Below the pieces are notes generated by a model. It saw nothing but the letters and a program-made list of their open reading frames with translations. It was not told the origin of the DNA and did not search any database. The translations under genes were made by a program, and so were the position numbers. A stretch of DNA of 64,000 nt from Octopus bimaculoides (Eukaryota): positions 36,904,554 through 36,968,553 of the forward strand of contig NC_068999.1 in assembly GCF_001194135.2 (NCBI RefSeq), written 5' to 3'. Below, one piece after another: positions 40,806 to 54,980 of the stretch. Numbering within the stretch: the first letter of the stretch is position 1; every line of letters begins with the position of its first letter.

Positions 40806-41177
40806 TTGTTGTTGGTACTCCGTCGCTTACGTTGTCGAGGGTTCCAGTCGATCCGATCAACAGAACAGCCTGCTCGTGAAATTAACGTGCAAGTGGCTGA
40901 GCACTCCACAGACACGTGTACCCTTAGCGTAGTTCTCAGGGGTATTCAGCGTGACACAGTGTGACAAGGCTGACCCTTTGAAATACAGGCACAACAGAAA
41001 CAGGAAGAAAGAGTGAGAGAAAGTTGTGGTGAAAGAGTACAGCAGGGTTCGCCACCATCCCCTGCGGGAGCCTCGTGGAGCTTTAGGTGTTTTCACTCAA
41101 TAAACACTCACAATGCCCGGTCTGGGAATCGAAACCGCGAGCCCTCTGCCCTAACCACTGGGCCATTGCGCCTCCAC
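40806..41177 (-). mobile_element. SINE family C copy with 13-bp TSD
   Basis: GGTAATGTGGACA at 40793-40805 and 41178-41190; (ACA)n tail. Confidence 0.9.
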
Positions 41178-44100
41178 GGTAATGTGGACATACACACATG
41201 TATATATATATATATATACATGCATGCATGCAAAAATACCCTGTTGTTTGTGTTGAAATTCAATGAAGCATCCTTGGATCTAGATTAGAAACTGGCTCTT
41301 TCTCTATTGGCAAGAAATCTTGAAATAAACTGAATAATGATATACCTATGAGTGAGTGAGTAGAAAATTAAAAAAAAGAGGCACTCAACACATTTAGTAG
41401 GAGTTATATATATTATCATTTAAAACAGCTTGGGTCTAGCTAGGTTCCTGTGATAAGCCTATGAAACTTTGTTACATGGGTGAAATCAAACTGGTTTAGA
41501 TAATATTCCTTTCTACTATAGGCACTTGGCCTCAAATCTGTCGGGAGGGGACTAGTTGATTGCATCGACCCCAGTGTTTCACTGGTACTTAATTTATCGA
41601 CCCCCAAAAGGATGAAAGGCAAAGTCGACCTCAGCGGAATTTGAACTCGGAACATAAAGGCGGACAAAATACCACTAAACATTTTGCCTGGCATGCTAAT
41701 GGTTCTGCCAGCTCACCACCTTAATAATCCTTTCTGCTGGAGACACAAGGCCTCAAATTTGTGGGGAGGGGAGTAATTGATTACATCAACCCCAGTGTTT
41801 GACTGGTACTTAATTTATCGACCCCAAAAGGATGAGATGTACAGCCAACCATGGCAGAATTTGAACTCAGAACATAGCGACAGGTGAAATACTGCTCAGC
41901 ATTTCATCTGGCACACTAACGATTCTACCAGCTTGCCGCCTTAATAATAATAATAATAATAATAATTGTGGGGGGGGGGTNNNNNNNNNNNNNNNNNNNN
42001 NNNNNNNNNNNNNNNNNNNNNNNNNNNNNNNNNNNNNNNNNNNNNNNNNNNNNNNNNNNNNNNNNNNNNNNNNNNNNNNNNNNNNNNNNNNNNNNNNNNN
42101 NNNNNNNNNNNNNNNNNNNNNNNNNNNNNNNNNNNNNNNNNNNNNNNNNNNNNNNNNNNNNNNNNNNNNNNNNNNNNNNNNNNNNNNNNNNNNNNNNNNN
42201 NNNNNNNNNNNNNNNNNNNNNNNNNNNNNNNNNNNNNNNNNNNNNNNNNNNNNNNNNNNNNNNNNNNNNNNNNNNNNNNNNNNNNNNNNNNNNNNNNNNN
42301 NNNNNNNNNNNNNNNNNNNNNNNNNNNNNNNNNNNNNNNNNNNNNNNNNNNNNNNNNNNNNNNNNNNNNNNNNNNNNNNNNNNNNNNNNNNNNNNNNNNN
42401 NNNNNNNNNNNNNNNNNNNNNNNNNNNNNNNNNNNNNNNNNNNNNNNNNNNNNNNNNNNNNNNNNNNNNNNNNNNNNNNNNNNNNNNNNNNNNNNNNNNN
42501 NNNNNNNNNNNNNNNNNNNNNNNNNNNNNNNNNNNNNNNNNNNNNNNNNNNNNNNNNNNNNNNNNNNNNNNNNNNNNNNNNNNNNNNNNNNNNNNNNNNN
42601 NNNNNNNNNNNNNNNNNNNNNNNNNNNNNNNNNNNNNNNNNNNNNNNNNNNNNNNNNNNNNNNNNNNNNNNNNNNNNNNNNNNNNNNNNNNNNNNNNNNN
42701 NNNNNNNNNNNNNNNNNNNNNNNNNNNNNNNNNNNNNNNNNNNNNNNNNNNNNNNNNNNNNNNNNNNNNNNNNNNNNNNNNNNNNNNNNNNNNNNNNNNN
42801 NNNNNNNNNNNNNNNNNNNNNATATATATATATATATATAAATATATAGGGATCACCATGAGATTGCTTCACCAGCATACTGAAAATTTAGAAATAGCAT
42901 TACTTATTTGAGTCATTGGACTGTGGCCCTAAAGAGTTTAGTCAAACAAATTGACTCTAGAATTTTTTTTTTTTATTAGCTTGACACTTATTCTATCTAG
43001 AAAAAACATAGAGACCCCCCACCCAAGTATTGTTTGTGTTTTAATATACCATGGTAAGTATCTTTAAGAGATGAGTAAGACAAGATAATAGCCCATTATC
43101 GTTATGATGGTAACGAGAAATATTAGAAAATGAGCCATAACACCTCAAGAAACGATACAGGAACCACACCAAAGTTATTGATTGAGAATGTGTGTTACTA
43201 AAGTGTCTGGTCCAGGTTTGGGTGAGCGAGCATTGTGTCAATAGCGTTGAGGTACAACTTTTTCAGCCGGATCTTCGACCTTATTGCAAGCCTCACCGGT
43301 TCTTCCTCCTGACTTTTTTAGATTCTAGATGTCAAGACAAAGAAAATGATATACTAATCTCGAAAATGGCTGGGGTGGCACTTACGACACTCTGTTACTA
43401 AATGCCTCACGTGTACATTAACTATGTTGTATTTATATAGCTACTTCTGTTGCATTAGATGAACATGTATATATATATATATATATATATATAAAGAATT
43501 ATGAATATATATATATATGTATGATGCTAGTGCTGCCTGACTGGCATCCGTTCTGGTGGCGTGTAAAAAGCACCATTTGAGCGTGGTCAATGCTAGTGAC
43601 ATGTAAAAAGCACCCGCTACACTCTTGGTGTGGTTGGCATTAGGAAGGGCATCCAGCTGTAGAAACCTTGCCCAATCAGATTGGAGCCTGGTGCAATCTC
43701 CCAGCTTGCCAGTCAAACCATCCAACCCATGCCAGCATGGAAAGCAGATGCTAAACAATGATGATGGTGATGATGACACACAGTATGTAAGATCTAGAGA
43801 TGCTCATTACAGAAAACACTTAATAGTGCTCAAATGATTTGAATTTAAACTCTGGAGTTTTATTGAAGACTGGGTCCATTGGGTAAAGAGTTACTATAAG
43901 ACAAATCCAGGTTGGCTAATATAGCAATAGTGATGCAGGTACACAGACATATGCACATATATCTCCATCATTTAACATCCATTTTCTATGCTAGCATGAG
44001 TTAGGCAACACTTTATACAACTCTCTTCATCCATCTGCATCCTGTGACTATACCAGTGCATTTTTCTCTCTTCCTCACCTTGTTTGATGCCGCTTAGTCC

Positions 44101-44417
44101 CATTTTTACTCCCTTTGTGAATGGATTTGCCAGGCAGAAATTGAAAGCTCATTATATATGTGTGTGTGTGTGTGTGTGTATCTTACTGTTTCTTGTCTTT
44201 GATATCACTTTATTGATGTAAACAAGCATGAGTGTCATACAAGCAGTGTCTCTTGTTTCCAGTCTTCCATGGAAACATGTCTGGCTGTGGGGGAACATTA
44301 CTTTACTTGGAAACATGTGAAAGTTTGCAACAGGAAGGGCATCTGTTTGAAGGAAATTTGTCTCAATGAATGCCATCAGACTCATGCTCATAAATGACAT
44401 ACATATGCAAATGATGG

Positions 44418-44460
<43 letters not shown>

Positions 44461-44822
44461 ATAAGCATGTTGATATTTCATGTCTTGGTATGATGCTGCT
44501 TGAGTAAAATATGCCTTGTTTTTCAGTGGTTGTGAAGGTCACTATCTTCATCATCATTGTCTAATGTCTGTTTTCTATGCTGGCATCAATTGGACAGCTT
44601 GACAGGACCCAATGAGCCAGAAAACTGGGCTAAGCTCCAGTGTCTGTTTTGGCATGGTTTCTACAGCTGGATGCCCTTCCTAATACCAGCCACTTTACAG
44701 AGTGTACTGAGTGTATTTTCAACACAAGTGAGGTCACTTAGCAATTTGCAAGGCAAGACCTCTAAAACTGTTGGGGTGTAGTATGATAGGGAAACAAAAT
44801 CTGGTGTCCTACTGTAGAAGAG

Positions 44823-45752
44823 ATATGTGGGATCTTTATGGTTTGACGGTCAACACTTGTTTTCTTAACGAAACACTTTCAAACTTGGGACACTGGTAGA
44901 ATGTGTCATACAAAACAACTTTTTCTCTTAGCCTTCTTAACAAAAAATTGTACATCGCAAGCTATTTCATGTTAAAGTTGTCGTATTTCTGTAATTTCAA
45001 CCAATCACTGACGTCTATTCAGCTGAATACAGTCAGTGCTCTTTCGTAAACAATATTTTTTTCCCGGTCATAAAAATGAAATTCCCTGTGACATTTCATC
45101 TGGTTTAATCGTAATTTATACGCATATATTGTTTATATAATAAATTACGCTGTGCGTATCTGTGTGTGCAACAATTTTTCGCTAGTACTCAGTAACATAT
45201 TTTCTAAATGATGGTAGAGCTTGATTTGAAGAAGAACTAGAGTTCGAGTTCTAGAGTTAGGGTTAGGGTTATGATTATTTTTGCCATAACCTCACTCATA
45301 ACCCTAACCCTAACTCTAAAACCCGAACCCTAACCCTAAACTAGAGTTTGATTTGAAGATTTGGCTGCTATTTCTAGGAAATGAAGCACTTGGTGGAGGT
45401 GCATTAATAATTCTGCCGGCTCCAATAACAAGTGCAGGCAATATTCAAGTATTTTGATGGCTTTTTCCCCTTTGTTTATAAACATTCTAGTTAATCGGAA
45501 ATGTCAGAACTAACCGGGATTAACACCATATACACCGTCACAGCACTAACTGTATTCAACTGAATAGACGTCAGTGATTAGTTGAAATTATCGAAATAAG
45601 ACAATTTTTAACGTGAAATAACTTCGGATACAAAAATTTTTACCTGTTCTATACCACAAAATATACAAGTATACGAAGTTTGAAAGTGTTTCGGTACCAA
45701 AAACACTACATAAAAAAATGTTGGCCGTCAAACCCTAAAGATCCGATATATG
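44823..45752. mobile_element. Foldback/MITE-like element with long imperfect TIRs and internal telomere-like repeats
   Basis: gatctttatggtttgacggtcaaca / tgttggccgtcaaaccctaaagatc; gaaacactttcaaactt IR; ~100-bp IR 44941-45040 / 45542-45640; TTAGGG and CCCTAA units at 45243-45340. Confidence 0.7.
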
Positions 45753-47242
45753 GCTACCCCAGTTGGAAAATGAGAAAATATGGTGGTGAAGAGGTGTCAG
45801 AGTATGCTCTCAAGTTACAGGTGAATATAAGAGAAGTAATCCAGAGGATTGGAGAGAGTGAATAGGTAGGTAGGTAGGTAGGTAGGTAGATTCATAAGAG
45901 TGTGAGAGGAGAGTGGCAGATGGGTAGAGAGTGAGATAGAAATGAATGCTGTGAATATGTTTGAGCAGGGAAGAAGGTGAAGGAAACAGGAGGCAACCAG
46001 TAGAATGAAATAATTACTTACTTGAAAATATGAACAGGGAAGGATTGGCAACAAGCAGGGCATTGAACTGTACATACTGCTACAGTAAGTCTTCAAACAA
46101 ACCTTGCTAGCATAGAAAAACTGATGTAAAATTAATGAGTAAACAGATGAGTCTTCTACTATAGCCTCAAGCCAACCAAAGCTCTGCGAGTGGATTGGAT
46201 TTGGTAGGTGGAAACTGAAGGAGGCCCATTATATATATGTGTGTGTGTGTGTGTTTATATTTGTGTCTGTGACTTTGTGTCTATGTTTGTACCACCTTCA
46301 CCACCATCACTTGACGACCAATGTTGGTGTGTTTATGTCCCCATAACTAAGCGTTTTGGCAAAAGAGACTGATAAAAATAAGTACTAGACTTACAAAGAA
46401 TAAGACCTGTGGTTGATTTGTTTGACTAAAACTCCTTAAGGCAGTGCTCCAGCATGGGGGCAGTCAAATGACTGAAACAAGTAAAAGAATGAAAGAATAT
46501 ATATGAAGATGCGAAATATTGATTTTAAATTTTGGCAGAAGGCCAGTAGTTTTGGTGGGTGAGTTAAGTTGATTACATCAACCCCAGTGTTCAACTGGTA
46601 CTTACTTTATCGACCCCAAAAGGATAAAAGGCAAAGTCAACCTTGGTAGAGTTTGAACTCAGAATGTAACGACCGAAAAAATGCTACTAAGCATTTTGCC
46701 CAGGGTGCTGATAATTCTGCCAGCTCACCACCTTCATACCCATGTAATATTGCATTCAAATTTTGGCTCAAGTCCAGCAATTTCAGAGCAGTGGTTAAGT
46801 CAATTACATTAACCCCAGTGTTATTTTTACTTAATTTTATCGGCCCCAAAAGGATAAAAGGCAAAGTCGACCCTGGCAGAATTTGAACTCAAAACTTTAA
46901 GTCCGAAGAAATACCACTAAGCATTTTTCCCTGCACAGTTATGATTCTTCCAGCTCACCGCCTTATACACGTGTAATATTTCTTGCAACCTCCCACACGC
47001 GGGACCCAGTTTTATAAAAATAGTCATGGCCAATGACCATCTTGTGACTGATTCACACCAATCTACTTGTGTTTAACAGAGGTAACGTGGGTTTGAAACC
47101 ACTATCCCTGCTATTACTGTCTTCTGAAGTAAGGGGGGTGATTCTGAATTTGGAATACAACTGGTTCTGACAAGTTCTAACTGGTCTGGCTGTCAGGTAG
47201 GTAGGTGTATGTGTATATAGATAGAAATATTCATACCTACAC

Positions 47243-47284
<42 letters not shown>

Positions 47285-47317
47285 GGAGAGAGAGAGAGAG
47301 ATATATATATGTGGGAT

Positions 47318-47363
<46 letters not shown>

Positions 47364-47726
47364 CACACACACACATACATACACTCACACAGATACATAC
47401 GTATACATATATGTGTATTTGTTGGTGTGCATATGTTCTGTTCTTGTTCACTTGCCAACAATGATATTTGTTACTACACTGGACTGTCTAGCTTTACCTT
47501 AGTTTCTTTTTGTTTTTCTTCTTAAGTATGTTTTAGCCATATCAGCTGCTCACTCCCCATCCCCTGCTATCGTCTCTCTCTCTCTCTCTCTCTCTCTACC
47601 ATCTTTCTTTCTCTTTTTACACACACACATTCTCACTTCTATAATTGTCTGTCTGTCTGCCTATCTTATATCTATCTACATACATAAGTATGTTTCTGTG
47701 TTATAATAAAGGTATGTGTGTGTGTG

Positions 47727-47819
<93 letters not shown>

Positions 47820-47921
47820 TTAAATAATAATAGTGAAAAATTGAATATTAATTTAATATCAATTTAAAACCAGTGGCTAGCATATTGAAAAAAATCTGGA
47901 GATTCAGAAAAATTATATTAC

Positions 47922-48090
47922 ATACATACAAGAGGGATGACCACCATGTGGACATCAATTTTGCTAGAAGTAGACCACCTATGGTCTGACCACTAAGAAC
48001 AGATTGTTCTCAAGAAAAATCAGCAAAGCATAGGTGGTCTATTTCTAGCAAAACGGATGTCCACTTAGTGGTCATCCCACTTATATGTAT
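47922..48090. mobile_element. Hairpin MITE
   Basis: 62-bp arms 47922-47983 / 48029-48090 with 7 mismatches and a 45-nt spacer. Confidence 0.7.
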
Positions 48091-49139
48091 CATCATCATT
48101 TGACGTCCGCTTTCCATGCTAGCATGGGTTGGACGAGTTGACTGAGGACTGGCAAGCCAGAAGGCTGCACCAGGCTCCAATCTGATCTGGCAGAGTTTCT
48201 ACAGCTGGATGCCCTTTCTAACGCCAACCACTCCGAGAGTGTAGTGGGTGCTTTTACGTGCCGAGTGGACAAATGAAAAAAACGACATCAACACATTAGG
48301 AGTTACAAGTATTATTGAAAACAGTTTGATTTAGATTCTGTGCAAAACTTGAAGTAACACGGATTTCAAATCAAACTGTTTTGAATGAGATATATNNNNN
48401 NNNNNNNNNNNNNNNNNNNNNNNNNNNNNNNNNNNNNNNNNNNNNNNNNNNNNNNNNNNNNNNNNNNNNNNNNNNNNNNNNNNNNNNNNNNNNNNNNNNN
48501 NNNNNNNNNNNNNNNNNNNNNNNNNNNNNNNNNNNNNNNNNNNNNNNNNNNNNNNNNNNNNNNNNNNNNNNNNNNNNNNNNNNNNNNNNNNNNNNNNNNN
48601 NNNNNNNNNNNNNNNNNNNNNNNNNNNNNNNNNNNNNNNNNNNNNNNNNNNNNNNNNNNNNNNNNNNNNNNNNNNNNNNNNNNNNNNNNNNNNNNNNNNN
48701 NNNNNNNNNNNNNNNNNNNNNNNNNNNNNNNNNNNNNNNNNNNNNNNNNNNNNNNNNNNNNNNNNNNNNNNNNNNNNNNNNNNNNNNNNNNNNNNNNNNN
48801 NNNNNNNNNNNNNNNNNNNNNNNNNNNNNNNNNNNNNNNNNNNNNNNNNNNNNNNNNNNNNNNNNNNNNNNNNNNNNNNNNNNNNNNNNNNNNNNNNNNN
48901 NNNNNNNNNNNNNNNNNNNNNNNNNNNNNNNNNNNNNNNNNNNNNNNNNNNNNNNNNNNNNNNNNNNNNNNNNNNNNNNNNNNNNNNNNNNNNNNNNNNN
49001 NNNNNNNNNNNNNNNNNNNNNNNNNNNNNNNNNNNNNNNNNNNNNNNNNNNNNNNNNNNNNNNNNNNNNNNNNNNNNNNNNNNNNNNNNNNNNNNNNNNN
49101 NNNNNNNNNNNNNNNATATAATGTATATATATATATGTA

Positions 49140-52100
49140 AAGAGAGAGAGAAAGGATTAAAAAATCCAGGCAGATATCAATAATATTGCCAAAAAAAGCA
49201 TCCAACATAAATTTCACCAACACAGTCGACATTTTGTGTAAAATGCTTAGTGAAGAGAGCTCACTGTTTAATACGAGATGGAAACATTTAAACATAGAAA
49301 TGAGCAAAGATGAAAACTTATACACTACTTATACAGGCAAAGAATGTGAGAGATTTAGGCTGGATATGCTTACTCCAGATTCTTTCAAGCGTTTGATTTT
49401 TGCATAAAGTTGGACAGACAAAAGGGATGCAGAAATCCAAACGAAAATTCTAGCGAAACTGGAAATGAACCAGGATTTGACATCTCAGAAATTGTCGAAA
49501 GAGTGTAATGGAAGAAATTCAGTGGAAAGAGTGTTTTCACATAAGACCAGTGCAAAAAAGTCGGAAGACAAAGTGTTGCAGGAAAAACAAAAAATATTGG
49601 GATGTAGACCTATGTATGGCATGTGGTGGGATGCACCTGAAAAAAGATTGTCCATATAAAACAGCAAAGTGTTTTCGCTGCAGGTTTACAAGACAGAAAA
49701 TTGCACTGCAAAGCTAGAATGGTCGGAAAATAGGACAGACAAGAAAAAATAAATAGTTTGTCAGCAGGAAAAGTTGTCGACAACAAACAGAAAATTTGTG
49801 AATGTGAGAGTTGAAACCACTAGTGTCAGAATGCTGTTAGACATGGGAAGTTACATCACAATCATAAATGAGAAAACATGAGAATAAATGGGCAAACCAA
49901 AATTATGTAATCTGTTTCAAATAACGTAAGGTGTTACGGGAAGAAAATTATATTTCACAGGCGAACGTGTTTGTAATATAATGTTCAAAGGTCAAACCAA
50001 AAAAGTGAATGTTTATGTGTTGAAAAAAATCTATGAATTCATTTGGCACTGAATGTATGGAGAAATTTAATATATGAGATACACCCATAAGTGTTTTGTG
50101 CAATAAATGGAGCAGTCAAATAATCAAATGAGGTCGATGAGACAAAGAATAAAAGAAACTTTCCCAAAAGTTTTTTTCAGAAGGTTTAGGCTGTTGCACA
50201 AAAACAAAAGCAAGGATTGCTATGAAAGAAAATTCAACATCTATTTTCAGGCCCAAATGGAACATGCCATTTGCAGCAGTAGACCAGGTCAATAAAGAAC
50301 TAGAAAGGTTGGAAAGCCTGAATATAATTGAAAAGATTGACCATGCAGATTGGGCAGCACCAGCAGTCTATTAAAAAAAAAAAAAAGAAAAATCTAAGAG
50401 TGTGCGCAGACTTCTCAGCTGGATTAAATGACTGTTTACTCACACACAATTACCCACCAAGCCCAGAAGAAGTATTTGCTAAACTAAATGGAGAGAAAAT
50501 TTTTTCAAAGTTAGGCTTCTCAGAGGCGTACCTTCAAATTCAGTTACAGGAAGATTGCACACATCTACTAACAATCAACATGCATTGTGGATTCCACAAG
50601 TTCAAACAACTGCCATTTGGAGTAAAAGTGGCACCTGCTATATTCCAACAGATGTCAAGTGATTGCGACTTTGCCATTACATACCTCGATAACATTTTGA
50701 TAAAGAGCGAGTCTCGGGTGCAATATGTCGAAGACATAAAGAAAGTATTTGAGAGAATAATACAGGCTAAAACTGATTGAAGACAAATGTGAATTTCTGA
50801 TGGAAAAAATAAAATTCCTAGGCCAAGTAATTGATGAAAGTGGACACAGACCAGGCCCATCAGGGCAGTAGCAATACGAATTATACCACTCCTGACAAGT
50901 ATGACAATGCTACAAGCATTCCTAGGCTTGGTAAATTATTATCAAGTGTATATCCCAAATATACATAAGGTAAAGGACTACTTGATAAATTACTAAAAAA
51001 AAAAATACCTAATGGGTTTGGACAGAGAAATGCCTGAAAGCATTTAATGAGTTAAAAGATGTGTTAATTTCAGACTTGTATTTTATGCATTTCAACCCAA
51101 AGTTTGAGATAACACTTACTACAGATGCTAGTGGGTATGGGATAGGAGCCATGCTCCTACTCAAGATAACAATGGCAGGAGAAGGGCCATAGCTCACACA
51201 TCAAAGACATTATTGCCAGTGGAAAAGAGCTATAGCCATACTGAAATAGAGGCATTGGCTTTTAGGTTTGACATGTAAAAGTTCCACAGGTTCATTCATG
51301 GCAGACATTTTTGGTTGCAAACGGACCATAGACCTCTAATAATGATATACGGATCCAAGGGAGGAATATCAACACATGTGGCAAACAGACTGCTGCAGTG
51401 GGGTACCATTCTATTAAGCTCTGCTTATAGAATGGACTAACTGCCTTCAAAAGAAGTTGGGGCATGTCGATGGCCAGTCTAGATTAATTCCAAGAAATAA
51501 CGAACTACTAGATTACATCATAATAGCAGCTCTAAGAGCAGAATGTGTAACATCATGCGTGAACTACCAGTAATTTTGGAAGAAATAAAAAGATGCAAGA
51601 AATTACAAATTTATTAATGAAACAAAATTGTGGTTGACAAAGGAAATAAAGAAAGGTCTGATGCAAAGAACCACCAAGATATGATGGTGTACATTACAGA
51701 AGAGAATACTAAAAGAGTTCCATGTGGGACACACAGGCATCTCTCGAATGAAAGCGCTGATGCGAAGTTTTGTATACTGGCCAAGCATAGACAGGGAAGT
51801 TGAAAACCTAGTAAAAGGCTGCACATGATGAGTGCTGGCAGAAAAACTACCTACTACAAAATGTGAACTTTGGCTGGAAGAGAAAATACCATGGTCCCAA
51901 TTGCATATCAATTTTGCAGGCCTTGTAAATGGATATTATTACTTAATAGTAGTGGATAGCTACACAAAATGGGCTGAGGTCATGAGGTGCAAACAACCAA
52001 CCTTATATATGGTAATAAACTTCTTACACAAGCTGTTCACAAGATTTGGTGTACTGGATATAATTATCTCTGATAACGGAACATGGTTTGTATCCTGTGA

Positions 52101-53347
52101 GTTTAAAAGATTCTGTGATAAGTTCATGTTAGAACATAAGACTATAGCACTGTATCACCCTAGATCGGCTGGAGGAGCCAAACGGTTCATGGACACTTTT
52201 AAGAAAGCTAATAAGGAAGCCATAAACAAGGTTATGATCCATTAAGAAAGCTAATAAGGAAGCCATAAACAAGGTTATGATCCAACAATTCTTAAGGGTA
52301 TACAGGGTAACTCCAAACCCTAATGCGCCAAAAGGAAGTTCATCAGCAGAATTAATGTTTCCCAGAAAGGTGAAGTCAATATTCGATAAACTGTTACCAG
52401 TGAAGAAAAAATATGTACTAGTAAAGATATGCCAAAATTCTTTAGAATTGATGATAAGGTATATGTTAGAATGTACAAAAATGTCTAGCAATACTGGGAA
52501 GAAGGAGAAATTGTAACATGGCACGTAAAAGACACTATTTCGAGCGTGGCCGTTTTCGTGCAGGTTACACGTAAAAGCACCCACTACACTCTCTGAGTGG
52601 TTGGCGTTAGGAAGGGCATCCAGCTGTAGAAACTCTGCCAAATTTAGATTGGAGCCTGGTGTTGCCATCCGGTTTCACCAGTCCTCAGTCAAATCGTCCA
52701 ACCCATGCTAGCATGGAAAGCCTACGTTAAACGATGATGATGATAGGAAGAATGATTTATGATGTAAGAAGCAGAAATGGAATGGAAAAGAGACATAGAA
52801 ATCAGCTTAAGGAAAGGGTTATTAAAAAGGAACCACCAAGAGTAGAAATATTGATGGATTGGCTAAATGACACTTTTCAAGTTTCGGCACCATTACAAGA
52901 AGTCGAAACCATACGTACAAATACTGAATTCCTAAAAGTAGACCCCCAAGAAGAAAAGATATGGAGTATATAAAAAAAAACAAAAGAGCAGGTGGGGTGA
53001 ATAAAATAAATTGATTGTTAAATAAAATAATTAAAAGGGGAGATGTTGTATAGTGAAACTATACCCCTCCCGGTAATAAGTGGTAGAAACCAGCCATTAT
53101 AAATAGACCAGTGGCTGGTTGTCAAGAGAGGGTTGAGAATCAAAGAGTTGAGAGTTGACATTTCTAGTTGGTGTCTTGTGGAGCTATCAGCGATGGTAAG
53201 ACAAAAGAAGTTAGTGTATTACTATTTTGGTATGAAGAGCTACAATGGTATCCAATGACTAGTAACTATTGTGGCTACTAGCATAAAACAGCAACTACAG
53301 TCAATGGCAGTCACACATCACCAGTTGGAGGAACCCATTTTACAACA
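49140..53347 (+). mobile_element. Decayed Ty3/Gypsy LTR retrotransposon (gag-PR-RT-RH-IN) with 3' LTR
   Basis: CCHC knuckle (ACGGMHLKKDC), protease LDMGSYITII, RT (WAAP, RVCADFS, YLDNIL), RNase H TDASGYGIGA, integrase (HTGISRMK, IISDNGTWF); many stops and frameshifts; PPT aaaaggggaga then LTR. Confidence 0.92.
53044..53347 (+). repeat. 3' LTR of the Gypsy element
   Basis: TGTTGTA...TACAACA 7-bp terminal inverted repeat, directly after the polypurine tract; the 5' LTR may be in gap 48396-49116. Confidence 0.75.
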
Positions 53348-53390
53348 GTGTATCTATCTATCTATATATATATATATATATATAAATGTA

Positions 53391-54070
53391 TCTATATAAT
53401 AAAGATGAACATTGTGTGTGTGTGTGTGTGTGTGTGTCTGCCTGTCCATCTAAAGCATGAAAGGCTATATAAAAACTAAAAGCTATAATTTTTGTGTAAA
53501 ATTTTATGCTGGAAACAATGGAAGTGGTCCCAAGTCTCTACGTGCCCTCCTAAGGGAGCTATAGGACCTTTTTGCAACATGTTCGACAAATCAATGTTCC
53601 CAAAGTAATGACTTGTCTGAGGGAGATAACTAAACGTACAAAGTTTTTCTTACATGAATATATGATGTTAACAATGGTTGTGCGAAAGAGCAATCATTGC
53701 ACCAAAGAACATTAATGTGAATAATATAAATGAAAGACTCTAAAAAGATTTATCAGGAAATGAAAATACTAACTCTGTTGTTGACGACTTGGGAATTGTC
53801 AATTACCTGGTTGAGTTCTTAAACTCAATAGAGCTATAAAGTGCTCCTCTTTATTGCCTTCGATTGAAAATAGGTTCTCCAATCATGCGTCTGCAGAACT
53901 TTTCTCAACCAAAGCTGTGCAATGGCACAAGACTTGTGAAGAAATTAATGAGAAATGTCATAGAGGCCACAATAATTTCTGTCTGTGGAAGAGGCAAAGA
54001 TGTTTTTATTCTTTGCTTACCTTTAATATGCCCTCCCAATATGTCTGTCTTTTGCGATGTCCAAATTGGA
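53391..54070 (+). mobile_element. Helitron fragment
   Basis: TCTATATAATAAAG start; [38 protein letters not shown] is a Pif1 helicase motif. Confidence 0.8.
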
Positions 54071-54075
54071 TAGAT

Positions 54076-54500
54076 GAATGTTAAGGTGGTTTGGCCACAT
54101 GGAGAGGATGAATGAGGAGCAGATAGTAAGGAAGGTGATGAAGGCTGAAGTGGTAGGAAGCAGAACCAGAGGCAGACCTCTGTTTGTGTGGATGAATGGA
54201 GTGAGGAAAGCTTTGGTGGTTAGAGGAGTTGGAGTGAGAGAGGCAAGAAGGTTTAAAAATGATAGGAAGGCTTGAAGAGTGTTTGTAGATGGATGAGTGA
54301 ATTTTGGTGTTGCTCAAAGGGGTATGGAACCAGCATGATGCAGCAGGGGTAAACCAACATATGCTGTCAGGCCCTGCTGCTGATATTGGGGGTTGTGTTC
54401 TATGCCTTGACCCGAGCATAGAATGGGGCTCACCCCTTTTGAGCTGGGATATGGAGTTCCTGGTGTGTGTTTTGTGGCTACCCCCTCCTAAAAAGAATGA
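54076..54500 (+). mobile_element. RTE-type LINE 3' fragment
   Basis: LRWFGHMERMNEEQIVRKVMKAEVVGSRTRGRP, a typical RTE ORF C-terminus. Confidence 0.75.
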
Positions 54501-54512
54501 GGAATAGGCTTG

Positions 54513-54592
<80 letters not shown>

Positions 54593-54932
54593 NNNNNNNN
54601 NNNNNNNNNNNNNNNNNNNNNNNNNNNNNNNNNNNNNNNNNNNNNNNNNNNNNNNNNNNNNNNNNNNNNNNNNNNNNNNNNNNNNNNNNNNNNNNNNNNN
54701 NNNNNNNNNNNNNNNNNNNNNNNNNNNNNNNNNNNNNNNNNNNNNNNNNNNNNNNNNNNNNNNNNNNNNNNNNNNNNNNNNNNNNNNNNNNNNNNNNNNN
54801 NNNNNNNNNNNNNNNNNNNNNNNNNNNNNNNNNNNNNTTGAAAACTCATAGAATTTCAAGTGAAATAAATTCACTGACCTATAAAATTAGAAATATTGCA
54901 TTTCTAAATCTCTTAGAGAGAGTTATACAGTA

Positions 54933-54980
<48 letters not shown>

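Noticed and set aside
45243-45340. Telomere-fusion signature
   Set aside because: Only a few degenerate hexamers, enclosed in TIRs; better explained as TE-internal
48318-48382. 15-bp inverted repeat
   Set aside because: Short, next to a gap, no further support
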